32,000 bases of DNA from a candidate division TM6 bacterium GW2011_GWF2_28_16 (GTDB taxonomy: Bacteria; Babelota; Babeliae; Babelales; UASB340): contig LBNX01000001.1 of NCBI GenBank assembly GCA_000989185.1, positions 185,554 to 217,553 of the forward strand, in the 5' to 3' direction. A program made the position numbers and the translations under genes. Each line of letters starts with the position of its first letter. Position 1 is the stretch's first letter. Below, piece by piece: positions 7,526 through 17,073 of this stretch. The notes under the pieces are model-generated. The model worked only from the letters and a program-made list of their open reading frames with translations. It was not told where the DNA came from and did no database searches.

Positions 7526-9004
7526 TTAATTATCATATTGCCAGCAATTATCCCAATCTTCAATTTCAACTTTTTCAAATTCTTTTTCTGTATCTTTTTG
7601 ACAATAACCAGAAACAAAATATTCATCATCATTATCAATAGTAAAAATTAAGTACGATGGGTAATAATTATGATAATTATCTACGCTACCACTTATAATG
7701 GTATAAATATCACAGTTACTAAAAGATTCAGTCTCTGTATCAAAAAAATTATTATTTTTCACAAAACCAGGAGACTTTTTTTCTATAAATTTATTATATC
7801 CTTCGTATTCTAGATTCCCCTTTGGATAGCTATGTCCATGTCCATTAAATTTGCAATTAATTGCCAGATCATCTGCTTGCGATAAAATTTTTTGATATGG
7901 GTACATATAAGTTCCAGCCCCTCTCAAACTTTGCGATATTTTATCTATTCTCTTTGATCCAAAATTAATATCATTCCAAACTAATCCATAGGCAATTTCT
8001 TCATCAATTTTACAAAGAGTTTTGTCTGAATTTAAAAATAATTCAATAATAGATAAATTTCTATCCCAACCAGCATGATTAAACATAAAGTGCTGATTAT
8101 CTTTATTTGTTATAAAATATGCCACAGGCGATAATTTAAAATAATTTGCAAATTTTTCTGCATAATAAGTAGCGTTTTCTAAAAACGACTTACTATTTAG
8201 TTCATCTAAAAAGGTAACTAACAATAAATTTTCTTGCATAAAATATTGATTATATTCATGATTACCCTGTAATATAACTATATTTTCAAGATTAATTAAT
8301 CTTAATATCATTAAAGTTAAAATTATACTAAGTGAATCTGGCCCTCTATCTAAATAATCACCCAAACTAACTATTTTATATCCCTGTGCAAGTTTTAAAT
8401 CTTGGCCCAATATTTTTTTAGCTATTAGATCTCTTATAACTTTTTCAAAAAGTTCACCCTTACCATGAAAGTCACCCAAAATAACAACCTTTTGCTCTCC
8501 CGCAAGTTTGCATTTTTTTACGTAATTTAAACTTACCAAACCCAAATCATTTATATCAAGATTAATTCCATTTTTAATCCAGCTATTCTTAATATTTAAA
8601 AGCCCAACCTCATTTTTTAAAGATAAATCCAAAACCGTATCTATTAAATTTATTAAATTAAATTCGCCTCTTTCTAAAAGATCTTTTAAATCTGAATAAT
8701 TTTTAACACTTTGGCCAGCTATTTTGTTAAGTGTTGTTGGAGTTGGTATAAAACCTTGATTTTCTTCAACTTTTGGCGATTCTTTTTTAGATATTTTTTT
8801 TCTTTTTTCAGATATTAATTCCCATTTACTTTTTTTGTTTTTTTCTTTTTCTTTTATAGTTTTATCAATTAAACTCTCACTATCAAATTCATAAATATCA
8901 GGTCTATCATCTGGATAAAACTCATCAAAACTCATGCAAAATAAATAAAAATTATTACTCAAAAAAAATAATAAAATAAATAAAATTTTACGATTATAAA
9001 ACAT
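7526..9004 (-). CDS. Secreted PPP-family (calcineurin-like) Ser/Thr phosphoprotein phosphatase
   Basis: The three PPP signatures are GDFHG, GDYLDRG and GNHE, followed by NHAGW and NGHGH. The N-terminal hydrophobic signal is ILFILLFFLSNNFYLFC. I prefer the ATG at 9004 over the GTG at 9016 reported in the ORF track. Confidence 0.75.
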   Translation of the reverse strand: MFYNRKILFILLFFLSNNFYLFCMSFDEFYPDDRPDIYEFDSESLIDKTIKEKEKNKKSKWELISEKRKKISKKESPKVEENQGFIPTPTTLNKIAGQSVKNYSDLKDLLERGEFNLINLIDTVLDLSLKNEVGLLNIKNSWIKNGINLDINDLGLVSLNYVKKCKLAGEQKVVILGDFHGKGELFEKVIRDLIAKKILGQDLKLAQGYKIVSLGDYLDRGPDSLSIILTLMILRLINLENIVILQGNHEYNQYFMQENLLLVTFLDELNSKSFLENATYYAEKFANYFKLSPVAYFITNKDNQHFMFNHAGWDRNLSIIELFLNSDKTLCKIDEEIAYGLVWNDINFGSKRIDKISQSLRGAGTYMYPYQKILSQADDLAINCKFNGHGHSYPKGNLEYEGYNKFIEKKSPGFVKNNNFFDTETESFSNCDIYTIISGSVDNYHNYYPSYLIFTIDNDDEYFVSGYCQKDTEKEFEKVEIEDWDNCWQYDN

Positions 9005-9132
9005 ATTAATCCCCACCCCAACTTTATAGTTAATTTTTACTAATTATATTTTATCAAAAAAGATATAAATTAATCTATTTTTATATAAAATACTAAAATA
9101 AATTAATTTTTTAACTTACTACTAGGATTTTT

Positions 9133-9768
9133 ATGAAAAATAAAATACTTATATTAACAATATTTATCACGTCAATAACAAACTTAAAGGGAATACAAAA
9201 TAATACGATATATGAGCCTTATTCAATATTTGAGCAGCTTTCGGAACAAGAAGCTCGAGAACGTTCAAAATGGCTCAAAAAGCTTATAGATAACACGGCG
9301 TATACCCAAAATCAAAACCCAAGCTATAAACTAAATACAAACAGTATAGACCAAGCTATAAACGAAATTATTATATTAAAAAATCAAAATGCAAAACAAA
9401 TAAAAGACAAAAGAAAACCCAAACGTATATATATTTATCCAGAAATTTTTGAAATATTAAATAAATATAATTTATGTTCTGGAGTAAATTTTACCAACAA
9501 ATTTTGGAAATTACACCCTAGAGGCACAAAATTAACATGGAAGTGTCTAAATAAAGTTAATCCAGAAAAATTAATAATTTTAGATAAAAACAAAATTGAA
9601 TTTAATGAAAGTTTAATATTAACAGCACTTAATACAATAAAAAAAAGTAAAAATTATCGTAAAGGCTTAAGCAAATTTATTTGCAATATAATTGAACATT
9701 GTCAAAAAACAATTACATCAAATACACTAAATATTGCAACTGGTTATCGATTAATTGAATTTAATTAA
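9133..9768 (+). CDS. Orphan exported protein
   Basis: 211 aa. The signal peptide is MKNKILILTIFITSITNL. I recognise no motif. Its 3-prime end overlaps cmk by 18 nt in convergent orientation. Confidence 0.5.
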   Translation: MKNKILILTIFITSITNLKGIQNNTIYEPYSIFEQLSEQEARERSKWLKKLIDNTAYTQNQNPSYKLNTNSIDQAINEIIILKNQNAKQIKDKRKPKRIYIYPEIFEILNKYNLCSGVNFTNKFWKLHPRGTKLTWKCLNKVNPEKLIILDKNKIEFNESLILTALNTIKKSKNYRKGLSKFICNIIEHCQKTITSNTLNIATGYRLIEFN

Positions 9769-10413
9769 ACTCAATAATAATTTTAAAGTTTCTTCTTGAT
9801 TTAAACTAGAATTATCAACTACAATAGCCTGCTCAGGAATTATTAAAGGGGCTACTTTTCTTGTTTGATCTCTTAAGTCCCTAACTTCAAGTTCTTCTTT
9901 AACTTTTTCTAGAGTTAACTTATTATCTTTGCGATTTTTATCCTGAAAGATTCTTTTAGCTCTAACATAAAGAGTTGCTGTTAAATAAAATTTATAGTCA
10001 GCATTTGGGAATATAACAGACCCACAATCCCTTCCCTCGCAAACAATATCATATTTTTTTGCAACGTTACGTTGCAAATCAAGCAAAGCTTGTCTAATTT
10101 CTGGAAGTGCGCTTAAAAGTGAAGCTGCTTGCGATAGTGAGTTATTTAATAACTCGCCAGTAATATTTTTATTTTCATAAAAAACTTGGGGGTTTTTATC
10201 GACATACTTATATTCGATATTTTTTATAAAATTTAAATTATTTTTATTTATTAAATTTATATTTTTTAATTCAGGATCACTTTTTAGCCAGACAAAGCCA
10301 ACAGCTCTATATAATAATCCTGTATTTAAATAATAAATATTTAATCTTTCAGCTAACTCTTTAGCCACACTACTTTTACCAGAACCAGCTGGCCCATCTA
10401 TGGTAATAATCAT
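9751..10413 (-). CDS. cmk: Cytidylate kinase
   Basis: The N-terminus is MIITIDGPAGSGKSSVAKELA. The ATGA start/stop overlap with recJ is present. Confidence 0.9.
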   Translation of the reverse strand: MIITIDGPAGSGKSSVAKELAERLNIYYLNTGLLYRAVGFVWLKSDPELKNINLINKNNLNFIKNIEYKYVDKNPQVFYENKNITGELLNNSLSQAASLLSALPEIRQALLDLQRNVAKKYDIVCEGRDCGSVIFPNADYKFYLTATLYVRAKRIFQDKNRKDNKLTLEKVKEELEVRDLRDQTRKVAPLIIPEQAIVVDNSSLNQEETLKLLLSLIKFN

Positions 10414-12200
10414 AATATATCTCCAGACAAAGTTATATCTACACCCTGCAATTCAATATTAATTTTATCATTCCATTCATTTTTAGAAACATAAGCAACT
10501 AAATCAAAATATTTATCATAATAATTACTAAAAAAATAATATAAATCTGGTCTATTAAAAAATATTACCGGTTTTATTATACCGTCTGCAAAAATTGTGC
10601 ATTTAATATGCTTTTCTTTAAGTATTTGAACTTGCCCCTGTAATGTAACATTTTTAATTAAAAAAACAGGCTGATCATTACTATTACCAAAAGGCTCCAG
10701 CATTTCTAATTCTGATAAAAGTGAATATTTCAAATCTGAAAAACCCAAATAACCATCTACTTTTATTTTGGGAACCAAGTCGCTTTTATCTACTTTTTGC
10801 AAAATAATTTCTTCAAGTTTTAATTTAAACTCTTTTAAATTATTTTTATGCAATTTTAAGCCTGCGGCAAAAGAATGCCCTCCAAATTGCAGCAACAAAT
10901 CTTTACATTCTTCGAGTGCATCAAAAATATTAAATTCAGGTATCGACCTGCAAGAGCCCTTTAAAATTCCATCTTTATCTAAGTGAAACAATATTGTAGG
11001 CTTGCCATAATTTTGTGTTAATTTACCTGCAACAAGTCCTATAACACCGGCTGGCCAATCGCTACTTGCTGCAATTATAATATTTTCTTTATCTAAATTA
11101 ATTCTTTTTTCAAAAATAGCCGTTTCGATATCAAGATAAATTGAACTATCTATCTTTTTACGTTCTTCGTTTATTTTTTTTAAAATATGCCCAATAGAAT
11201 CTACTTTTGCTTTGTCAGAGCTTATCAAAAATTGTACTGCACTTCTTGGGTCATCTAACCTACCTAATGCATTTATTTGAGGCGCTAGCATAAAGCCAAT
11301 ATCACGCGAATCTATTCTAGATTTAGTTAAGCCTGAATTATTTATTAAACTATTTACAGCTAAACTTTTATTTTTATTAATTTTAGATAACCCATATTTT
11401 ACCCAAAATCTATTTTCGCCTGTTAAAGGCGCCACATCAGCAACAGTGCCAAGCATTAAAAGTTCATAAATTTTATCTGGTAAATCTTTATTAAAATATT
11501 TATAAATTAAAGTAACTATTTTAAAAATGGTACCAACACCAGCCAAATCTTTATACGGGTAATTACAATCTGTTTGATTAGAATCTATAATTGCCAAAGC
11601 TTTTGGTATATCACCATGCGGCCTATGGTGATCTGTAATAATTAAATCTAACCCCAAATCATGTGCAAGTTGAGCTGGTTTTATGGCAGTTATGCCATTA
11701 TCTACAGTTATTATTAATTTATATTTATTTTCGTGAGCTTTTTTTACAATTTTTTCTGATAAACCATAGCCATCTTTTTTTCTATTTGGTAAATAAAAAT
11801 TAATATTTGCACCCAATGGCAAAAGAGCTATAAGCAACAACGAAGTAGAAGTAATTCCATCAACGTCATAATCACCAAAAATTAAAATTTTTTCTTTATC
11901 TTTTATAGCTTGAATTAATCTATCTAAAACTATACTAGAATCTTTATATAAATTCGCATCATGAGTATCAAGTTCTTTTGATGGAAATAAAAACGCGTTT
12001 ATATCTTTTTTTAATATAATGCCCCTAGAACAAAGCACTGTTGCAACTGGAGCACTAAGATTATGCTCACTACTAATTTTAGTTATAATTTCTTGATTTA
12101 ATTCTGGTATAAACCATTTGAATTTAGACCCATTTTTTTGAATATAATTTTGAAAAAAGCCGGAATTATTTTTTCCGGCTTTAATTTCCTGATTATTCAC
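10410..12200 (-). CDS. recJ: Single-stranded-DNA-specific exonuclease RecJ
   Basis: 596 aa. DHH-family motifs present are GDYDVDGITS, TVDNG and ITDHH, plus the DHHA1 motif GGHSFAAG. The start codon is GTG. Confidence 0.9.
   Translation of the reverse strand: MNNQEIKAGKNNSGFFQNYIQKNGSKFKWFIPELNQEIITKISSEHNLSAPVATVLCSRGIILKKDINAFLFPSKELDTHDANLYKDSSIVLDRLIQAIKDKEKILIFGDYDVDGITSTSLLLIALLPLGANINFYLPNRKKDGYGLSEKIVKKAHENKYKLIITVDNGITAIKPAQLAHDLGLDLIITDHHRPHGDIPKALAIIDSNQTDCNYPYKDLAGVGTIFKIVTLIYKYFNKDLPDKIYELLMLGTVADVAPLTGENRFWVKYGLSKINKNKSLAVNSLINNSGLTKSRIDSRDIGFMLAPQINALGRLDDPRSAVQFLISSDKAKVDSIGHILKKINEERKKIDSSIYLDIETAIFEKRINLDKENIIIAASSDWPAGVIGLVAGKLTQNYGKPTILFHLDKDGILKGSCRSIPEFNIFDALEECKDLLLQFGGHSFAAGLKLHKNNLKEFKLKLEEIILQKVDKSDLVPKIKVDGYLGFSDLKYSLLSELEMLEPFGNSNDQPVFLIKNVTLQGQVQILKEKHIKCTIFADGIIKPVIFFNRPDLYYFFSNYYDKYFDLVAYVSKNEWNDKINIELQGVDITLSGDIL
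12153..12182 (-). terminator. Intrinsic terminator/attenuator hairpin just after lysS, inside the first codons of recJ
   Basis: The minus strand reads aaagccgga-aaaaataat-tccggcttt-tttca: a perfect 9-bp stem followed by a U-run. Confidence 0.5.
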
Positions 12201-12207
12201 AAATAAA

Positions 12208-13716
12208 TTATTCTATGTTTTTTAATGTTGGGAACAAAATAACATCTTTTATAGAAGTTGTATCTGTTAATAACATTGTTAATCTATCAAGCCCAACACC
12301 AACGCCAACAGCAGGAGAAAGCCCATATTCTAGTGCTTTTATATAATCTCCATCATAATGATGAGCTTCTTCATCGCCAGCACCTCTAGCTTCTACCTGA
12401 GATCTAAATCTATCAGCCTGATCAAAAGGATCATTTAATTCTGTAAATCCATTTGCAAGCTCCATGCCAGCAACAAAAAGTTCAAATCTTGCTGCAAAAT
12501 TTGGCTTTTCTGGATCTCTTTTTGCTAATGGCGAAATTTCTATAGGGTAACCAATAATAAATGTTGGTTGTACAATTTTTTCTTCTACAAGTTCTTCAAA
12601 TAGTGCCGAAACTTTTGCACCATAACCAGCAGTTTTTACAACTTCTAAGTTATAACTTTTTAAAGTTTTATCTATATTTTCTTCGCTAATTTCATTTTCT
12701 TTTAATCCAGCTATTTCAACAAGCGAATCTCTCATAGTAAGTTTTCTAAATGGTGCTGTAAAATCTATTTCTTTATCACCAAATTTAATATAGTTACTAC
12801 CTACAACTTTATTTGCGGCAGAGCTAAACATTTCTTCTGTAAGCGCAATACCATCTTTGTAGTCACCATGAGCCATATAAAATTCTAACATAGTAAATTC
12901 AGGATTATGCCTTGTAGACACACCTTCGTTTCTAAAATTTCTATTAATTTCAAAAACTCTTTCTATACCACCAACTACAAGTCTTTTTAAATATAATTCT
13001 GGAGCTATACGCAAATATAAATCCATATTATAAGCATTGTGATGTGTAATAAACGGCCTTGCGTTTGCACCACCTGGAATTGGGTGTAGCATTGGAGTTT
13101 CTACTTCTAAAAACTCTTTTTCTAATAAAAAATTTCTAATTGTTTGAATAATTTTAGAACGTTTTATAAATTTAGCCTTAGTTTCTGGATTGCTCATTAA
13201 ATCTAAATATCTTTGTCTATATCTTTGTTCAACATCTACAAGTCCATGAAATTTTTCTGGCAATGCATGTAAACATTTACTTAAAAGTGAAACTTGAGAA
13301 ACTTTTAATGTAATTTCACCTAATTTTGTTTTAAATGCTTTACCTTTAGCCCAAACAATATCACCTGCATCTATATTTTGCATAAAAAAGTTAAACTGTT
13401 CTTCGCCAATATCATCTTTTTTAATATAAATCTGTAAATCACCTGATCTATCACGCAAATTTGCAAAAACAGATTTACCATGATCTCTAATTGTTATTAA
13501 TCTACCCGCAATAATATAATCATTTTCTTGGGATATTTCGTGTTCAAAATCATAAATAACTTTTGCACAGGTATGTTCAACTTTTTTATATGCTGGCCAT
13601 GGGCTAATGCCTTTAGATTCAAGTTCTTTAACTTTGTTTAATCTAACCAAATCTTCATTAACAATTTTATTTTCTTGTTGGTCAACCACAACATTTGTTT
13701 TTAATTTTTCTGACAT
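12208..13716 (-). CDS. lysS: Lysyl-tRNA synthetase, class II
   Basis: 502 aa. It has an OB-fold N-domain and class II motifs: FLEVETPML, FRNEG and GLGVGLDRL-type (GVGVGLDRLTMLL). Confidence 0.92.
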   Translation of the reverse strand: MSEKLKTNVVVDQQENKIVNEDLVRLNKVKELESKGISPWPAYKKVEHTCAKVIYDFEHEISQENDYIIAGRLITIRDHGKSVFANLRDRSGDLQIYIKKDDIGEEQFNFFMQNIDAGDIVWAKGKAFKTKLGEITLKVSQVSLLSKCLHALPEKFHGLVDVEQRYRQRYLDLMSNPETKAKFIKRSKIIQTIRNFLLEKEFLEVETPMLHPIPGGANARPFITHHNAYNMDLYLRIAPELYLKRLVVGGIERVFEINRNFRNEGVSTRHNPEFTMLEFYMAHGDYKDGIALTEEMFSSAANKVVGSNYIKFGDKEIDFTAPFRKLTMRDSLVEIAGLKENEISEENIDKTLKSYNLEVVKTAGYGAKVSALFEELVEEKIVQPTFIIGYPIEISPLAKRDPEKPNFAARFELFVAGMELANGFTELNDPFDQADRFRSQVEARGAGDEEAHHYDGDYIKALEYGLSPAVGVGVGLDRLTMLLTDTTSIKDVILFPTLKNIE

Positions 13717-13739
13717 AAAAATCCCTGCAATAATTAAAT

Positions 13740-14024
13740 TTACTTGTCTAAAAGATAAACAACTTCATCTTTTTCGCCCATCTGCAAATCTAGTCGAGCC
13801 GTTTTTTCTACTTCAAATGAATTTTGTTTAAACTTATTAATATCATTTTCTATTTTACTAATTTTATTTTCTAGCTCTTTTACAGACTTTTTTTCTGTAT
13901 CTATTTCTTTTTTTAAGTTTAAGTACTTACCAAGTCCAGTTTGCCCCAAAAATATAGCATAAATTACAAAAACTCCAAAAATAATAATAATTAAACTTCT
14001 TACTATTAATTTTTTATCCATCAT
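13740..14024 (-). CDS. ftsB: Septum formation initiator (FtsB/DivIC family)
   Basis: It has a single TM helix and a coiled coil, and ends in EKTARLDLQMGEKDEVVYLL. A GGAGAG RBS is present. I prefer the ATGs at 14024/14021 over the TTG at 14033. Confidence 0.75.
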   Translation of the reverse strand: MMDKKLIVRSLIIIIFGVFVIYAIFLGQTGLGKYLNLKKEIDTEKKSVKELENKISKIENDINKFKQNSFEVEKTARLDLQMGEKDEVVYLLDK

Positions 14025-14033
14025 TCTCTCCAA

Positions 14034-14936
14034 TTACTCTTTTCCAAGATCTCTATGAGTCACTAAAAACCTCGTATTTTCCCATTTTTCTAATAATAAT
14101 CTTTCGACAAATGCAACAGACCTATGCTTGCCTCCAGTACAACCAATACCTATATTTACAAAGAACCGTCCATTATTATAAAATTTTTGGGTAGAATATT
14201 GTAAAAAATCACGTAATAAATTCCAATATTCATTAACACTTTCTTTTTCGAACAAATATTTTTTTATTAAATCATTTCTGCCATCAAGATGCTTTAAAGC
14301 TGGCTCAAAATATGGATTTGGTAAAAAGCGCAAATCATAAACTAAATTACTTTCTGTTGGCACTCCATATTTAAATCCAAAAGATATTAAATTAACCAGT
14401 ATCTGTTGTTCAAATGTTGTAGACAAAGAGCGTTTTACCCAATCACGCAACTCATGTACATTAAAAACATCTGTATCTAAAACTATATCGGCCATAGCCT
14501 TTATAGGTTCTAAAAGAGCCTGCTCTTGAGTTATAGCTTGTGCAAGTCCAATATCTTGAGTCATTAATGGGTGGTTACGCTTTGTTTCTTGAAATCTTTT
14601 TGTAATAGTGTTTGTACTAGCATTTAAAAATATAATTTTAAGATCCCATCTGTCTTTTTCTTGATTTCTAATGTCTTGTAAAAAACTAACAAAATCTGAT
14701 AAAAACTTTTTACTTCTAGCATCTATACTTAATGCTACTTTTGTTAAATTATGTTGCCCATGATGAGCTAAATTTAAAAAAGTTGATAATAATGGTACAG
14801 GAAGATTATCAACACAATAAAATCCATAATCTTCTAATGTGCGTATAAAGATAGTTTTCCCTGCCCCAGACAAGCCTGTAACAATTAAAGCTTGCTTTGG
14901 TAGTATTTTTTCTATACCATTTTCGGTTCTTACCAC
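14034..14936 (-). CDS. rapZ: RNase adapter / nucleotide-binding protein RapZ (YvcJ family)
   Basis: The P-loop is GLSGAGKT and the C-terminal motif is CTGGKHRSV. The start codon is GTG. Confidence 0.85.
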   Translation of the reverse strand: MVRTENGIEKILPKQALIVTGLSGAGKTIFIRTLEDYGFYCVDNLPVPLLSTFLNLAHHGQHNLTKVALSIDARSKKFLSDFVSFLQDIRNQEKDRWDLKIIFLNASTNTITKRFQETKRNHPLMTQDIGLAQAITQEQALLEPIKAMADIVLDTDVFNVHELRDWVKRSLSTTFEQQILVNLISFGFKYGVPTESNLVYDLRFLPNPYFEPALKHLDGRNDLIKKYLFEKESVNEYWNLLRDFLQYSTQKFYNNGRFFVNIGIGCTGGKHRSVAFVERLLLEKWENTRFLVTHRDLGKE

Positions 14937-15097
14937 AATTAATACCTAAATTTTATTTATATAAATATTTAATATTTAAATCCTAAATTCTTATATAAGT
15001 TTATTAAAAAATAAAAAAATATCTTTAATTAAATTCATTTTAATATAATAAATGGGTCATAAATATAAAATTTATATAAATTCGTAGGAGAAATAAA

Positions 15098-16666
15098 ATG
15101 ACCCATAAGCTTAAATTATTAATATTATATATATTTACCATATCACTAGTTCTATTAAATAAAAGCGCCCTATCAAAAAATAATCAACTTACTTTTTTTA
15201 AAAAGAATAAAAAAGAAACAAAATATATAGAAATAAATCAAAAAAATGACCCCGAAATTACAACTCCAGAGCAATCAAAAGACAAAAAGAAAGAAATTTA
15301 CCCATGGCTTGGAACCGTTGCAGAAGTAGTAAGTTTAATAGAACAAAAGTCATTTCGCGATGTAGACTTTGCTGACTTTATACAAGAAGCCCTAAAAGCT
15401 GCAATGCCTCACGTTGATGCTCACTCTGCCTTTTTTTCTAAGGAAAGTTACCAAGAAACTATGGAATCCACTTCGGGCAAATTTTCGGGTATTGGCGTAA
15501 GTGTAATGAGCAAAGCATTAGAAGATGATACTCTTTCCATTATAGATGTAATTCAAAACGGCCCAGCAGACAAAGCCGGACTTAAAGCCGGCGATAAAAT
15601 TATACAGGTTAGCGGCGAAAGCTTACGTAGTCTTTCTACAGATGAAGTTATAAACAAATTAAAAGGTGAAGTTGGAACAGATGCAGAACTTAAAGTCGTT
15701 CGAGACAAAAAGCCTTTAGAATTTAAAGTAAAAAGAGATATTATAAAAGATCAAAGTTCTATTTGTTATAATATAACAGATCAAAATATATATTATTTAT
15801 CATTAAAAATATTTAATGAGCCTGCTGCAAAGCAAGTAAAAGAGCTTTTAGAAAAAGCCAATGCAGGAAAAGCTAATGGCTTAATTTTAGATTTACGCAG
15901 AAATCCCGGAGGTATTTTAGATTCTGCAGTAGATATGGGCTCGCTATTTTTGCCAAAAGGCAGCTTGGTTCTTACAACCAAAAATAATGCCGGAATAGTA
16001 ACTACTGAATATAAAACCAAAACAAACCCTGTATTAAATAGTAATATTCCTATTTTTATATTAATAGATAATTTTACGGCATCAGCTGCAGAAATTCTTG
16101 CAGGCAACTTACAATATTATTCTAAAAAACTCATAGACCCTAAAACAAAAAAAAGTAGCTTAATGGTATTTTTAGTAGGCATGCATAGCTTTGGTAAAGG
16201 TTCAGTACAAGAAGTTATTCCAATAAGCAACGGCTGTGCTTTAAAATTAACAACTTTATTATATTTTTTACCTGATAATATTTCTACACAAGCTAAAGGC
16301 ATAGAACCTGACTTTTTAGTAAAACCTAAAATAATCCCTTCAGAAGAAATGCAGTGGGTAGAAGATCTTTATGGCAAAGAATCTTCACTAAAATACCATA
16401 TAACACCAGAAGAAGTTTTTGGTAAAGCTCCAGATAAAAAGGCTAAAAAAGTAAAACCGGAAGAAAAAGAAAAAACATGGGAAGAAAGGCAAAAAGAAGC
16501 AATTAATAACGATGTACAAGTAAAAACTAGCGTAAACTTAATAAATCTCTTTAACTTTGCAAAACAATGTAACCCAAAGCTTGTAGAAACAAGAGAAAAA
16601 ACACTTTCTTTTTTAAAGCAAAACTATCTTACAGATGAGCTATTTAATATAAATAAAGTAGAATAA
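15098..16666 (+). CDS. Carboxy-terminal processing protease (peptidase S41) with a PDZ domain
   Basis: 522 aa with a signal peptide. The PDZ domain reads GPADKAGLKAGDKII. The S41 core shows DLRRNPGG and TASAAEILAG. Confidence 0.88.
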   Translation: MTHKLKLLILYIFTISLVLLNKSALSKNNQLTFFKKNKKETKYIEINQKNDPEITTPEQSKDKKKEIYPWLGTVAEVVSLIEQKSFRDVDFADFIQEALKAAMPHVDAHSAFFSKESYQETMESTSGKFSGIGVSVMSKALEDDTLSIIDVIQNGPADKAGLKAGDKIIQVSGESLRSLSTDEVINKLKGEVGTDAELKVVRDKKPLEFKVKRDIIKDQSSICYNITDQNIYYLSLKIFNEPAAKQVKELLEKANAGKANGLILDLRRNPGGILDSAVDMGSLFLPKGSLVLTTKNNAGIVTTEYKTKTNPVLNSNIPIFILIDNFTASAAEILAGNLQYYSKKLIDPKTKKSSLMVFLVGMHSFGKGSVQEVIPISNGCALKLTTLLYFLPDNISTQAKGIEPDFLVKPKIIPSEEMQWVEDLYGKESSLKYHITPEEVFGKAPDKKAKKVKPEEKEKTWEERQKEAINNDVQVKTSVNLINLFNFAKQCNPKLVETREKTLSFLKQNYLTDELFNINKVE

Positions 16667-16690
16667 TTTAAAAAAATAAAGTTTTAAGCT

Positions 16691-16718
16691 TTGATTTTTA
16701 TATTAAAAAACTTATAAT
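16691..16718 (+). promoter_or_regulatory. Sigma-70-like promoter for the tRNA cluster
   Basis: TTGATT (16691-16696), a 16-nt spacer, then TATAAT (16713-16718). It lies about 28 nt upstream of tRNA-His. Confidence 0.5.
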
Positions 16719-16745
16719 AGCTTCATGAGTATTGAAATATAGCGT

Positions 16746-16822
16746 GGTGGGCGTAGCTCAGTTGGTAGAGTGTCAGATTGTGGTTCTGAATGTCGCGGGT
16801 TCGAGCCCCGTCGCTCACCCCA
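16746..16822 (+). tRNA. tRNA-His (GTG anticodon)
   Basis: I folded the cloverleaf by hand. An extra G-1 pairs with C73. The anticodon loop is TTGTGGT and the T-loop is TTCGAGC. CCA is encoded. Confidence 0.9.
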
Positions 16823-16879
16823 AAAATATTTGTTCTTTTAATTTTTAATTTTTATTGTATTATTATTTGTAAATTATGT

Positions 16880-16955
16880 CGGGGCGTGGCGCAGTTGGTA
16901 GCGCACTCGCTTTGGGAGCGAGGGGTCGCCAGTTCGAGTCTGGCCGCCCCGACCA
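16880..16955 (+). tRNA. tRNA-Pro (TGG anticodon)
   Basis: The acceptor stem is CGGGGCG/CGCCCCG and the anticodon loop is TTTGGGA. It is 76 nt with CCA encoded. Confidence 0.9.
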
Positions 16956-16964
16956 TTCAAATTT

Positions 16965-17041
16965 GTGCCCGTAGCTCAGTTGGATAGAGCAACGGATTTC
17001 TAATCCGTAGGCCACAGGTTCGAGTCCTGTCGGGCACACCA
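16965..17041 (+). tRNA. tRNA-Arg (TCT anticodon)
   Basis: The acceptor stem is GTGCCCG/CGGGCAC and the anticodon loop is TTTCTAA. It is 77 nt with CCA encoded. Confidence 0.9.
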
Positions 17042-17073
17042 GCCTTCGCCAAAGTGCGCCGAAGTTTTAACAT

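Noticed and set aside
9751-9768. Convergent 3-prime gene overlaps: 18 nt at 9751-9768 and 9 nt at 24124-24132
   Set aside because: These are real but unremarkable in a compact genome. No associated structure or frameshift signal was seen.
16790-16987. 65-aa ORF spanning the tRNA cluster
   Set aside because: It overlaps three hand-folded tRNAs (His, Pro, Arg). Its reading frame is an artefact of the GC-rich tRNA sequence.
17042-17067. Possible terminator hairpin after tRNA-Arg (cttcg...cgaag followed by tttt)
   Set aside because: The stem is only 5 bp with an 11-nt loop, which is too weak to call. The next gene starts 32 nt after the tRNA.
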